Shown here piece after piece: positions 13,861-26,500 of a stretch of 64,000 nt of DNA. The notes beneath the pieces are model-generated. The model was not told the origin of the DNA. It ran no database searches and saw nothing but the letters and a program-made list of their open reading frames with translations. This stretch comes from Takakia lepidozioides (Eukaryota > Plantae > Bryophyta), in assembly GCA_030704615.1 (NCBI GenBank), contig CM060733.1, positions 42,966,001 to 43,030,000 of the forward strand, given 5' to 3'. The first letter of the stretch is position 1, and every line of letters begins with the position of its first letter. The position numbers and the translations under genes were made by a program.

Positions 13861-14103
13861 CTTTTTTTTTTTCCCAGTAAAGGGAAACACCTAGGAGCGA
13901 CGGCTCACAAATCAGGCCCTTGATATTGATAGGAGAAAAGAACCCTCTTTCACAATAACCGCGCCATAAAGACTGAGAAATGGGACACCGCCCAGGGAAG
14001 GGGAGAAGAGTATACCACACCCGTCAAGTAGCAGGATTTGACCCCAGAATCATCTGGGTGGCACTTAGTGCACTAATCAACTGAGCTACTACTGACTGTT
14101 GGT
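13861..14103 (-). mobile_element. tRNA-derived SINE, family 2, copy 1
   Basis: Minus strand has A-box TAGCTCAGTTG, B-box GGTCAAATCC and a poly(A) tail (T-run at 13862); second copy at 61709-61952. Confidence 0.8.
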
Positions 14104-14541
14104 AAATTTTCTATTGTAAATAACGCAAAAAAATACAATTGTCCATTCAAATCTCAAAAAATTGGGACTCTGCATCATAAAATATGAAGTTATAAATATG
14201 TGTGCCTCTTCAAATGAAGATAGGGCCAGCTCATGACTATGACCCACCTCTTTTATGTCGAGTGAACGTCAATAACCGGCTATTATCCGGATTATAACCT
14301 CCGGTTATAAATGCTGGGAATATACGTACTAGATAACGGGCCGGTTGGGATTGGCATATTATGAGTTCATAACCGAACCTGCTTCTTTTGGACCACTAGT
14401 TCCGGTTCAAATAAAATAAAAAAGATATACAAACCCATTGGTTTTCAATCGAATCCGGTCATCCCATCTCATATCCGGCCGTTCTTAACAGAGACGGATA
14501 TTTGATTTTTTGACCTTTGGCAGATCCACATAGATATTATC

Positions 14542-14912
14542 ATGGTTTTAGTCATGGTTAACTAGAATTACCTACTTCTAGTTAACTAGGACATTTTGGA
14601 TATTTATATTTGTATTTTGTGTGTTGGGACTTCATTTGGTCTCACATGCCAAGTGAGGTGTCAAACCTCACTTGGGATATGGGGATGGGTTTTCCCTTGT
14701 GAGTGTGGAGGAGGGCTCATCTTCTTGTAGTTGAGCCTCCATGAGCCTCCATGAGCCTCTCTCACCTCCATAGCTTTAGGTATTGAGTGGGAGTGTGATG
14801 AGGGCTTTGTAGGGTGGATTCATTTAGCAAAGGTGCCCTTGGCTTGACTTAGTTTATGTGATTGAGTGGATTCATGAGTGGAGTGTTTCCTTTGTGTTCA
14901 CTTTCATTATCA
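14542..14912 (+). repeat. Terminal repeat A1
   Basis: Aligns end to end with 31920-32278; contains an 11-bp-stem hairpin ccaagtgaggt-gtcaa-acctcacttgg. Confidence 0.95.
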
Positions 14913-16349
14913 CTACAAGAAGATGCCCTTATGCTTGTGAGTGCGGAGTGTAAGGGTTAGTTTAGCACTTGTGTATTGAAGAGCTTGGGAACATAGGTCT
15001 TGTGTTGCAAGGTGTTGCATATATTGCAAAGGAAAATCCTTGTGGTGTTAGGGTTTTCAGAGATATTGTTTTGCCCTAAGGAGGTGGAGAGCTCAAAGAT
15101 AGAGCTCTTGTAGATCACAAAGGTTACAAGGAAAGGTACTTGTGGTGTTACACCAAGGTGTTGGGGAGCTCAAGAAAGAACTTGTTTGTCACAAGATTTG
15201 TAAGGATTGCAATTGGGAAGTCTTGTGTGTGTGGAAGCATGGATTCTAGGGATTGAAAATCATTTCTATGCATTATGGAGTCAATGGTGTGTGTCATGGC
15301 TTGTGGAGAGCAACTAAATGATTGTTAGTACTCATTTCACTATCAATCTAGGGTTAAGCAAGCTCAAGTATGGATGTTGTGGAAGAGAAGCCAATGAGCT
15401 ACATAGGCTTGGGCTTGAAGACAACAAGGGCAAGCACTTGGAGAGCATTAGAAAGCTCAAGAGGTTTGAAAGGAAGCATATGGGTGAAAATTCTATCCAT
15501 GATGATGTGAAACCAAGCCTAGAGCATTGAAGAGCTTGGAGCACATGTGGGAGATCATTGGAGGTGGTCTTCATGAAGCAAAAAAAAAAAAAACTGTGGC
15601 TCAAGGCATGCATAGCAACTTCAACCATATATTAGCATGTGCCAAGACAAGGAAGGGGAAGGTGAAGCTCATGTATTCATTCCCTTTTGGCTCAAGTTTT
15701 GTGGTGGATGGTTGATCAAGCAAGTGATGCTTATGTGGAGCATGCTTCCCAAGTGTGGCTTCCAACTTCAAGCTTGAGGAGAGCTAGAAGGTGAACGGAG
15801 CAAGTTGATATAAAGTGATGCATGTGTGGAGCATGCTTTTGGCTTGAGCAAGCTTGAGAGGAGTGGCTCTTGAGCTAGCAAGTGAAAAGAGCTTGAATGA
15901 CCAAGGCTTGAGAGGAGACAAGGCTTGGTGGCTTGCCAAAGGAGGTACAAGCTTGATTTTGAGTTCCAATGAGAAATTAAGCTTGTTGTGTGGCCAATGC
16001 ATTGCTAGTTGAGTTGGAGACAAACTTGAGTAGCTTAACGTGAAGAAGATCAAGGGAATTTGCCTTGGTACCCCATAGAATTCATGGATGCTTGAGGGGA
16101 TTAAACATACTGAGAGCCCCAAGGAGCACAAACCCTAGCTTGGAAAGGCTAAACCTCAAGGAAATAGAGGGGGAAGTGGCTAAAGCTTAGGGGGAAATGA
16201 ACTACTCTATGAGGGGGAAATGGCTACAAGGGGAATACGTATAGGCCCAGGGGAATATTGGGGGAATACTATGGCATATTCTCAAGAATATTCTTTAGCG
16301 AACCTTTGGGAACGCATTGGGTCCGCATTAGGAACATAACGACATAGGA

Positions 16350-16630
16350 AGAGTCCTTAGAGGACTGTTTGGAGTCCTTGGAGGACCATTGGGAGTCCTT
16401 GGAGGACTGTTTGGGGTCTTTGGAGGACCATTGGGAGTCCTTGGATGACTATTTGGGGTCCTTGGAGGACCATTTGGAGTTTTTTGGAAGACTATTTTGG
16501 GGTCCTTGGAGGCCAATATTTGGCGAGCTTGAGGATTCTTTGGTGACTTGTGTGAGGGACTATTTGGGGTCCTCGAGGGCTAAGTTTTGGCAGGCTCTTG
16601 GGACCTTGGTGCACTGTTTTGGAGTCCCAT
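16350..16630 (+). repeat. 21-bp tandem array (42-bp higher order) in the 5' leader of the outer element
   Basis: Units ggagtccttggaggaccattg and ggagtccttggaggactgttt alternate and decay toward the 3' end. Confidence 0.9.
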
Positions 16631-17316
16631 TGTGCAAGGATTGGGAGCCTTAGTGGGATTGTTTGAAAGACATATTCTTGAGGGCTCCTGGAGAGTTATT
16701 TGAGAGACCCTTGAAATGTAGTCTTATCTATTGTTCAAGCAAGAGAGTGTGGAGATAGGGTAGTTGGATGAGGGCATGTTGGGATTAGGAATTGCTTTAG
16801 TCTCTCTTCCTTGTAGTTTTTCACCCTCTCTATAGGCCAAAACCTTTCCATAGGTGGAGGCAAGAGTCAGTCCGGGTTTGGGATGGGGTGTCATTGCAGG
16901 AGCGACACTGTGGAGTGTTTTTGGTGTGGGGGAGTTGTTGTCTTGATTTTCTTGTGTTTGGATCCCCTCCACACCTGCATGCTTGACTGTGCGCCATGTT
17001 AGCTTTGTGTGGGCGCTTGTTTTCATAGGAGGTTGGTCCGGATTTGATCACGGGCCAATCCTAGAGCGTGCTGTCAGTGGTGAGGCTGGGATGATGACCA
17101 GTCAGACCATCATTGTTTCTCTTATGGTGAGGCTGGATTGATGACCAGCAGACCATATGAGTGCTTGCGGTGGATGCAGGTGCAGGTACAGGTTTACGTT
17201 AGAAACCTAGTATTCTAAACCATAAGCCGTAACAGATTCTCTACTCGGTTACCTTGTGGAAAGGGGGATTAGAGACAGGTTCACAACCGGCATGGTTGTG
17301 AGTTTTCATCACGGAG

Positions 17317-18664
17317 GTGCCACCACTAGTTACTGAGAAGAGTGTTGGTACGAGCACCAGCGATACTAGTGGGTATACAAGACGAGGTGTGCGGTTTAGG
17401 CCACCTTCACCTTCAGTGTCTTCTGAGGAAGGTTCAGACTCAGAGTTAGGAGGATTCTCGCCGAGGGTGCAAGCCATTTCTGTGCCATTGTTGTGGGATA
17501 CGATAGAGGAAATGTATGGAGCTACAAAATGGCTATGTCGGTACTTTGGAGCTGTGGGCACCATCGAGCTTGATGATTTCATACATGAGTTTGATAGTTG
17601 GTGTGTTTTGCAGCACATGCGCAATCCACAACTGTTTACGCCTTTTATGGCGTGGAATGGGTTGTTTCAGCACCTTGAGGGGCCGCCCATGGATGACTAC
17701 CATGAGTTTAGGCGGGGACATGAGGTGGAGATTGAGGAATGGCAGGTGTATTGGTCACCTGACTATGTCTCCATCACTAGAGGACAAGGGCAGCGGCAAC
17801 ACCAGTAGCTACACCAACATTCCCAACTGCAAGCACTAGTAATGGGACAAGTAAAGATGGAGCTGGGAAATCCACTCAAGCTCATGTTGCAGCACCAGCA
17901 CCCGTGCGTGCATTTAACCCAGTTGTGGAGTCCTTCGAGGAATTGAGGAGAAACTACCATGGGATAAGGACGGAAATTTTTCAGAGCTTGCAGGAGTTAC
18001 AGCGCAAGCCTACTGAGAGCTTGAGAGAGGCTTACACTCGCATGAGGCGCTTGATAAATATAACCTAAGGGGTTACGGAAGCTCAGATAGTCCAATTCTG
18101 GTATGGGATATTGGACAAGGAGCTGAGGAGAAGGGTGCGAGATACAACTCTCCTACAAGTGGACCAACCCACCTTAGCAAATGTGTTTTTGCTGGCAGAG
18201 CGGATAGAGCTCAATATGGTGGAGGAGCGAGTAATTATGGTGGGGTTTGGCAAGGAGAGACACAATGAAGTAGGGCTCCTAGCCAACAACAACCACTACC
18301 CCAACGTGTTCAAGGCAACAAGGGGGCTCAGGCAAAGCCCAGGGAAGGACAGAGAGGATCTCAGATGTAGAGGTATCTTCCTTCATTCTCAGGCCAACAA
18401 CAGTCGGGTGTGACATGTTGGGATTGTGGAGGACCCCATGTTAAAAGAGATTGCCCGGAGAGAGGCAAAGAGCCGGCACAGGCACAGCCTACACAACTAC
18501 AGTATGGGCATTGTGGCAAGTATGGGCATGAAGAGGCCCATTGTTATGACTTGCATCCTGAGCTGCGGCCAGGCCAATTCCAAAGGAACAATGGTGGCCG
18601 AGGACGAGGCAATGTAGTCCAGAGAGGTAGAGAAGGCAGAGGTTGTGGTGGAGGTTGTAACTAA
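17317..18664 (+). pseudogene. gag: Gag of the outer element, disrupted, with two zinc knuckles
   Basis: ORF pieces 17317-17808, 18111-18413 and 18410-18664; CWDCGGPHVKRDC and (Y)GHCGKYGHEEAHC knuckles; RG-rich tail. Confidence 0.8.
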
Positions 18665-18691
18665 AACCAAGGAGTATAGGGGGTAGTTGCA

Positions 18692-19411
18692 GGGTTGAGT
18701 GGACCAAAAATGGCAAATTCTGCTCCATGAAAGTCCATGACCAAAAAAGAAAAGTTGATGATACTATCCAAAATATTTTTTTAGTGATAGATAATGGTAT
18801 ACTGAACATATTTAGTAAAGAGTCCTACCCCAAATATTAAAGATATAATTCATTAATATTTTAGTCTATTATTTAGAGAAATTATGAAAAATTAAAAATT
18901 AGAGTTTATAAAAAAAATTCAATATGCCACCTAGCCATTGAAGATTATAAGGTTTTATACTTCTAGAAAAAAAATGACACCCAAAATCCAAAAAACAAGA
19001 TGAGGTATGGACTTTTCAAAAAAGCCTATTTTTGACATATATTAGTCCATATGAGTCAAATGACAAATGATTTTGCAACTTCAAATCCATACCTATGATG
19101 TGGACCAAAATGGCCACCTTAAGTCCAAATTTCAATGGAATTCACCAATGGCACATATGAGAACTTGAGTCCATTGTAATTTCATTCACTGTGGTAACAG
19201 TCCACAATGACGGTGTTCAAAAGTCCATAGAGGAGTCATTTATTATCAGATTCATGATTGGAGAGTTGTTATGGGTGCATATTGATGCTAGGAATCCAAT
19301 GACATATATATTTGCTGGTTTTAATGAGTTAATTCAAATTCAATTGATGACACAATCAATTGCAGTCATCTAAAACTGTGCCGGTAACGTCCATTTTGGT
19401 CCAGTCAACCC
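18692..19411. mobile_element. 720-bp AT-rich MITE inserted in the gag-pol junction
   Basis: TIR GGGTTGAGTGGACCAAAAATGG / CCATTTTGGTCCAGTCAACCC; flanking 4-bp TGCA at 18688-18691 and 19412-19415. Confidence 0.88.
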
Positions 19412-19452
19412 TGCATTCACCCCAGGGGTAAGGTCGAGGTCATGACCAAGGC

Positions 19453-20874
19453 ATGGTGGATAGGTTTGCCCAGCTAGAGCAACGTCTTGCTGCCATGGCC
19501 ACTACTCATGTTGCACCAGCTCCAAGGCTTGAGATTCAAGCCCCACGTGCACAACCTCTTATGCCTAGGGCAGACCATATTGGTATGGGCTTCATGTGTG
19601 GAGCTACATTTGCAGGGCTATTGCATGTATTGGACTCTACTGTTGCTATCACTCGAGAAGCAACGCGTGCTCCTGAGCCAAGAGGAACGGTTGTGGATTT
19701 TGATCCACAAAGGGGGGAAGCGAGTCGTCAGACAAGGCTTCCACAGTCCTTTACATTGGCTGAGACAGTGTCACCTACGCCATCAATGACACCCGCTCGT
19801 CCAAGTGTGTCAGAGGTAGAGCCACATGTGCCACTGGGGAGGGTTGGTTTGGCTTGGGAAATGCCAATGGGTGGTACTGCAAAGCAAGGTGCAACCAGTA
19901 CATTGTTGGGGGCGGCTACAGCGGTTTGTCAAGCTCCATTGTTTTCTGCAATGACCATTGCAATGCCGGGGATTAGGCCAGCTGCTGTGTTTAGACTAGC
20001 AACTAGACTCTGTGAGAGTGGTGATGCATCGGCACTATCTGCGGAGATAGCAGATAAGGTGCAGACTATTGATGCTTTGGGTTCGCGGGTGAAGTCAGCC
20101 ACAGCTGCGCCATGGCAAGCGGCAGCTGCAAGATTGCAAGAATTGCTAGCTAGACCAGCCATTGAGCGTAGTATGGTGACTCCTGGGGTAGTCCTAGTGG
20201 ACAATCAAGATGGTATGTTTCAGTTGGGTGGTCCAACCGGGAGGAGGTATAGGCCACTGCGGGTCTTGTTGGACTCGGGAGCACAGCATTTGATGTTGGG
20301 GAGAGCAGCAATTGCAGGCTTGGGCCTTACAGAGACAGACTTGGAGCCTTACCCTTTCCAAATTCAAACATCTTTAGGTGGTTCAGAGAAGGCGCGATGG
20401 ATAATACGTCATGAGTTCTTCATTCGATTACAGCCGGATCATCCTACGGATGGCTCAGTCATGAGAGCTAAAGCCATTGTTACGGACGCGATGTCCTATG
20501 ATGTGCTTGTTGGTGGGGATGTGTTGTACCCCATGGGATTTACTCTGGACTTTTGGGAGGAAACAACATCCTACAGGCCGGAGTGGCAGTCAGGGGATGA
20601 CCGACGTGCACTGCTCTCAGTGCGGTTTATTGGGAATGTAGCGGTGGATCATAGGAACATAATGCCAACATTGGCTGCATTCTCAGGTGTGGTGGCTTGG
20701 GGTGGTGAGCTCTTGGAGGGCAATAGCCGTACAGATGATAGGCCATCACCTAATGAGGACAAGCAATTGGCATACAAGGCTGAGTTGTTTCCTCATGTTC
20801 CTGTGCATAGTTCACTGTGGGGTACACTTAGGGATTCGCAGCGAGTGTCAAGCCAGTGTGTGAAGCAAACATGA
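19453..20874 (+). pseudogene. Outer-element polyprotein segment with aspartic protease
   Basis: RVLLDSGAQHLMLG catalytic motif and YDVLVGGDVL C-terminal motif in a 473-aa open frame. Confidence 0.85.
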
Positions 20875-20979
20875 CAGGAGACATTTCCATCGGTAGGTAA
20901 GGGGAGTTCAGTGACATCACCTGGACCTCCTCAGTTAGCTCCATTGGACACAATGCCTATTATCTGGCAACAACCTGAC

Positions 20980-21720
20980 TCAGACATTTGTTTGCTAGAC
21001 CTGTTTGGAGGCATGAGCACTGGGCTTGCAGGAGTGTTGCAAGCAGGAATCAAAGTATGCAAGAACTTGTATGTGGAGAAGGATAAGATTGCTCGGCGTG
21101 TTTCCATGCGCCATGTTGTTTTGCTCACACATCAGTATCGTGAGTTGTTGCATCTCTCAGCAATTCAAGGGCAAGTGCAACCTCTAGCCTATATCTTGGA
21201 TAATGTTCCTCTTATGGGGGATTCTCGAGCCAAGGTGATGGCCAATGTGCATCAGGTGCGGTCTTGGATTGGATCGGCGGTGCTATTGGATGCAGCAGTG
21301 GTGGGATTACGAGCACATAGACCTAGGTTGTGGTGGACCAATCTTGGACCACCAGAATTGCTCAAGAGAGCATACAATTCCATTCAACGACCACCCAATC
21401 TCACGGTTGAGGGAAATTTTGGACCAAGGGAGATAACCACAAAGGGTGCGACATGATGACCGTCCACCTTTTGCGGTGGTCAATCGAGTGGGGCAGCCAC
21501 GTACGGCCTTGCCTACACTCAAGAGTTTTCCCTCGTCTCATGCTTTTCGAGACAATGGTCCAAGGTTGATTTGGGATAAATGCGCTACATTAATTGGTAG
21601 AGCCTAGTGCGGATGAGCGAGAGCGGGCAATGGGGTTTGCCATGGGCACTACAGCTGTGCCAGCTCTGTCAGAGGCATCACGACGTCAGGTATTTGGGTC
21701 AGGCAATGGATCTCAATTAC
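20980..21720 (+). pseudogene. DNMT3-like cytosine-C5 DNA methyltransferase domain in the retrotransposon pol (motif IV deleted, frameshifted)
   Basis: Motif I LLDLFGGMSTG, II LYVEKD, VI YILDNV (ENV), VIII AHRPRLWWTNL, IX EPSADERERAMGF, X RRQV/LGQAMD. Confidence 0.85.
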
Positions 21721-22249
21721 TTGACTTGTGTCATTGGCTTGTGCATGACTGAGCAACGGAGATTGCAAGCATTGGTGGCTACTTCTGCACTTCCATTAGA
21801 TATTGCACCATTTCTGCCAACCGGGACGATGAAGGCAGTGAGTGGGGGCGAGCACATGATCATGGGGTGCAAACAGCCATGGCAGATGTGGGATGAGATG
21901 CGCACAGAAGAGTCAGTGGATCTCTCAAGCAGCAGTATGAGGAGTGGGGAGAGCCATACACTGAGGATCAGTTGGAGGCCAAGGTGGCCAATGTATTTGA
22001 AGAGGTTGAGAATGTTTCTTGCTCAGAGGATATTCTCAAGGTGGCTATGGCGGAGCAAGTGGAGGCTACGCCACAGTCAGGGTGGGCGGACAAGGCCCAA
22101 GAGGTTGCTATCTAGCAACCAAAGGATGCGTCTCCTACCTCTAAGCCCGGTGTACCCAAGGTTGCAGTCACTGAGGACAATTGGGAACCAGATCTTGGAC
22201 CTACAGTCACCGGAGGAGAGAGACAGAGGATCCAACGATTTCTAAGGGC

Positions 22250-22880
22250 TTATAGAAATTGTTTTGCCTTCGGTTTGAAGGATTTGGGGAGTTTGAAGGG
22301 CCAGGAGATTCGTATTGATTTGGCAAATGATACACCAATTTTTTGAAAGCTCTACAGGTATAATGACATGGAGAGGTCTTTGATCCAGTCATGGATTATA
22401 AAGTTGTTCAAAGCTGGATTGGTGGAGTTGTCAGGCGGGGAGTATGCCTCGGCAACGGTGATGCCAGCTAAGAAAGATATCTATGGCAATTGGACAGAAA
22501 GAATGATGTGTAGGGACTATCATCCTGTGAACCGTCAGACTAAGTCCGATAGATATACCATGCCAACTCCAGAGGAAATCTTTGATGCCATTGGGCATGC
22601 GAAGGTCTTTCTTACGATCGGGTTATGACCAGTTGGGCTGACAAGTAAAAGACGACATTCTTGGGGATTGACCAGCATGGAAATGATTGTTTGTATCAAT
22701 GGCGCTTCGTATCATTTGGGTTGAAGAATGCTCCAGCAGAGTTTCAGAGGGTCATGGATAGGATTCTTGTAGGGCTAGACTTTGCCCGATGCTACATTGA
22801 TGACATCATCATCTTTTGTGCCACGGTTGAGGAGCATGAGAGACACCTTCAGGTGGTGTTGAGCGTTTGAGGGCGCATGG
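22250..22880 (+). pseudogene. Reverse transcriptase of the outer element, N-terminal part (resumes at 29220)
   Basis: YASATVMPAKKD, RMMCRDY, FGLKNAPAEFQR, CYIDDIIIF; interrupted by the nested LTR element. Confidence 0.9.
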
Positions 22881-23516
22881 TGTCACGGACATAGCCCAGA
22901 AGAACTTACCATGAGTAAATACCAGAAGTTACCAAGTTACCATGTTACCGAAAGTTACCATGACTTACCGTGATTTACCTTGATCTACCATGATTTACCA
23001 TTACTTATCAAGTTATCGGGAATTTACCAAATTACCAAGAGTAACTTGGGAAACTACTCGGGAAGCTTCATTTGGAGGAAACTTCTCCATCAAGATACCT
23101 CATTTGTTTAAGGAAGCTTCTCCATCAAGAAACCTTTGTTTAATCTTGAAAATTTCTCCAGCAAGAAACCTCCATAGGGGAAGCTTTTTAGTAGCCAGTA
23201 TATATAGGAGGCGAGACTGGACACTCTTCAGTCTCGCCAACACAAGTTCAAGCTACTCTTGTTCCAAGTCCAGTACTCTAGTCCAGCTTCCAGTATCCAG
23301 TCCAGTTTCCAGTATCTGGTATTCCAATCCAGTTTCCAGCATTCCAGTATCCGAGTCGAGTTCCAGTATTTTATACTCTTGTCCATTGTTATAAAGATCA
23401 TCTTGATTCATGTTCACCTACCATGCATTCAGCCACGCCGACCTTGACTTCTTGTCTAGTCTTGTACCTCTAGTCTGATCTCTTGTTTGTGTTCTGTCAA
23501 GTTCTCGTCCTTGACA
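22881..23516 (+). repeat. 5' LTR of the nested chromovirus
   Basis: tgtcacggac...ccttgaca; TATA box near 23199-23206; internal ttacc and ttccag short repeats. Confidence 0.95.
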
Positions 23517-23518
23517 GT

Positions 23519-23529
23519 TTGGCGAGACT
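23519..23529 (+). promoter_or_regulatory. Self-priming primer-binding site
   Basis: TTGGCGAGACT is the exact complement of LTR 23230-23240 AGTCTCGCCAA, about 25-30 bp downstream of the TATA box. Confidence 0.8.
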
Positions 23530-26500
23530 AAAGTTTGTTCTTTAGTTAGTTAAGATGGAAGGCACATTTGCGGAAATGGTCACCACATTGCAGAGTCTTC
23601 AGCTCCAGATGCAAGAACTTCGTACATCTACCGCCCAATTGCAAGCTGATCAGTCTCAAGATCTTGGCAACGCTCTCCACAATTTGCAACAACAAATTTC
23701 AGAGTTTAAGGAGTCGAACGATGGATCTTCAACTATACGAGTCCCAACAGCTCCTACTGCAACGGTTCCTCTTTAACAGATTACGAGAGAACCAAAGATT
23801 AGCATGCCCGAGAAATTTGATGGGACGAGATCAAGATTTCGCGGTTTTGTTCAACAAATACGACTGTTCCTACGACTCATCCACAACGCTATCCCGATGA
23901 AGGTATTCAAGTGGGATTCGTGGGCATCCTTCTATCAGGTACTGCCCTATCTTGGTTTGCACCGCTATGAGAAAAAAATTCGCATTTACTATACAATTTT
24001 GAAGCATTCATGTCTGAGTTCACTGCAACGTTTGGAGAAAATGATAGATAGAGAAAGATGCGAAATCGTTGACAAGGAGCACGTCCTGCTTCCGTTTATA
24101 CTGCCGAATTTCAACAACTTGCGTGCGACCTTGACTGAGCCTCATTAGTCAGTTTCGATGTGGGCTAAAAGATGATGTAAAAGATTTATTGCTGACAATG
24201 CCAAACGTGAGCACACTGAGTGAATTCATCACCCAATGCGATATTTGTTTGTTCGAAAGACGTCAAGAGAAGCGATCTGGATGGTCTACGACGCATCATG
24301 TCACTGCTACTACGACACCAAACACAACGATCCATCAGACATCCAGTAGTGATCCTATGCAGATTGATGTTATCCGATTCAAGCCATTGACGCCACAAGA
24401 AAAACAAAGACGGCGCTCGGATGGATTATACCTCTATTGCGGAGAATAAGATCACATAGCATTAAACTGCCCCAACAAGAGAAGATTCAAAGCTCGGGGC
24501 ACAACTCAAGTGTTCGATACGAGGAGGTCGGAAAACGAAGATGTCCAGTCACAGTAGGGACCATGTGGCTGAACTTCACAAATTCCTTATCGAAAAAAGG
24601 TCTCTTTCTACCTCTAGACCCTGCACCTTGCTTCATAATTCCGGTAAAAATCAGAGTGCAAAATCGAGATATCACTGTAGAAGCACGTTTGGACTCAGGA
24701 GCTTCAGCTTGTTTTATGGACAAAAACTTTGCGAAGCAAAACAATTTAACGCTCGTAAAGAAGAAACTCTCGGCCCCCTTGAAGTCATCGATGGACGACC
24801 ATTAGCATCAGGAAATGTGGACCATGAAACTCGACCACTTGAAGTGAAGCTTAAAGATCAAACATCACATATTGTTTTCAATGTCATCCAATCTCCAACG
24901 AATTTTGTGATCCTTGGACTTCCCTGGTTCGTACTTCACAATCCCTACATTGACTGGCGATCGCAAAAAATTTCTACAAGACAAAAATGTAGAAATAGCA
25001 AAGGTATTCAACCCCTATTCCTTGGAGCTAGAGCTTTCATGAGAGCTACCAAAAAAGAGGCGGCATTTGCACTTTATGCGACTCCGATCAAGACCACAAC
25101 AGACAAATGTACTTCAACATTACCCGCTCAATATCAAGATTTCAAAGATGTCTTCGAGAAGAAAAATGCAGACATATTGCCAGAACATCGACCTTATGAC
25201 TGTGCAATTGAGTTACAAGAATGAGCCCAACCACCATTCGGCCCAATCTATAACTTATCCCAGACGGAGTTGGCTGCACTACGTGATACATTGATGAAAA
25301 TTTATCGAAACACTTCATCTGACATTCAAAATCACCCGCGGGGCCGCCTATCTTGTTTGTGAAAAAGAAGGACGGATCATTACGCATGTGTATCGACTAT
25401 CGTGGTCTCAACAAAGTCACAATCAAGAATCATTATCCGTTGCTGCTGATTTCTGGGCTTCTCGACCAGCTGGGACGAGCGAAGATTTTCACCTAAATCG
25501 ACTTGAGATGAGCTTATAACCTTGTACGGATAAAAGAAGAAGACGAATGAAAAATAGTTTTTTGAACAAGATATGGACATTTTGAATACAGTGTTATGCC
25601 TTTCGGTCTTACAAATGCTCCAGCAATTTTCCAACATATGATGAATGACATCTTTCGAGAATTTTTAGATGACTTTGTAGTCATCTATTTGGACGACATT
25701 TTGATATTTTCACAGAATGAAGAAGAACATGGCCGCCATGTACGCATTGTCCTTGATAAATTAAGAGAAAAAAGACTATATACCAAGTTGGAGAAATGTC
25801 TTTTCCATCAATCTGAGGTCGAATTTATGAGCTACATTATTTCCGACAAAGACGTCTTTATGGATCAGAAGAAAATACAGACCATCATCGAGTGGATTAA
25901 ACGAACTTCGGTCCGAGATGTACAATGCTTTCTGGGCTTTGTAAATTTCTATAGAATCTTCATTAATGACTACTCCAAAACTACTACACCATTGACACGA
26001 CTCAAAGGGAAGGACAAATTTGTATAGGACGAGAAGGCTGACCAGACATTTGAAAGGCTGAAGCAGGCATTTACAACGGCTCCCATACTGGTACATGTAG
26101 ACCCATCTAAACCATTCTTCTTAGAAGCAGATGCATCGGACTTTGCATTTGGCCCGGTACTCTTTCAATACGATACATATGGCTGACTCCACCCTGTTAG
26201 TTTTCGTTCTCGCAAAATCCATGACAAAGAACTTCTAGCGATTATCAATGTTTTTGAGGAGTAGCGACATCTATTGGAGGGAGCTAAACATCAGGTCACT
26301 GTCTATACAGATCACAAAACTCGAATATTTTATGAGTGCTCGTGTTTTGAATCGATGTCAAGCGAGATGGAGTATGTCACTAGCAAGGTTTGATTTTGTT
26401 ATTACCTACCGTCCCGGACATCTTCAAGGAAAACCAGATGCTCTTTCTCGACGATCGTATCTTGCGCCAAAAGAAGGGGATGCAGCTTTTGACTAACAAA

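Noticed and set aside
14911-14925. CACTACAAGAA as a CACTA terminus disrupting a normal 5' LTR
   Set aside because: I found no matching TTGTAGTG end and no resumption with repeat B downstream; composition is continuous with A. Still worth confirming computationally.
16350-16630. CRISPR-like array or PPRTPN-repeat protein (also the 42-bp array at 33779)
   Set aside because: Contiguous tandem repeats with no unique spacers in a eukaryotic TE; the ORFs are by-products of unit lengths divisible by 3.
24528-24540. GGAAAAC as a programmed -1 frameshift site at the gag-pol junction
   Set aside because: The position is plausible, but it is not a perfect slippery heptamer and the element is too decayed to confirm.
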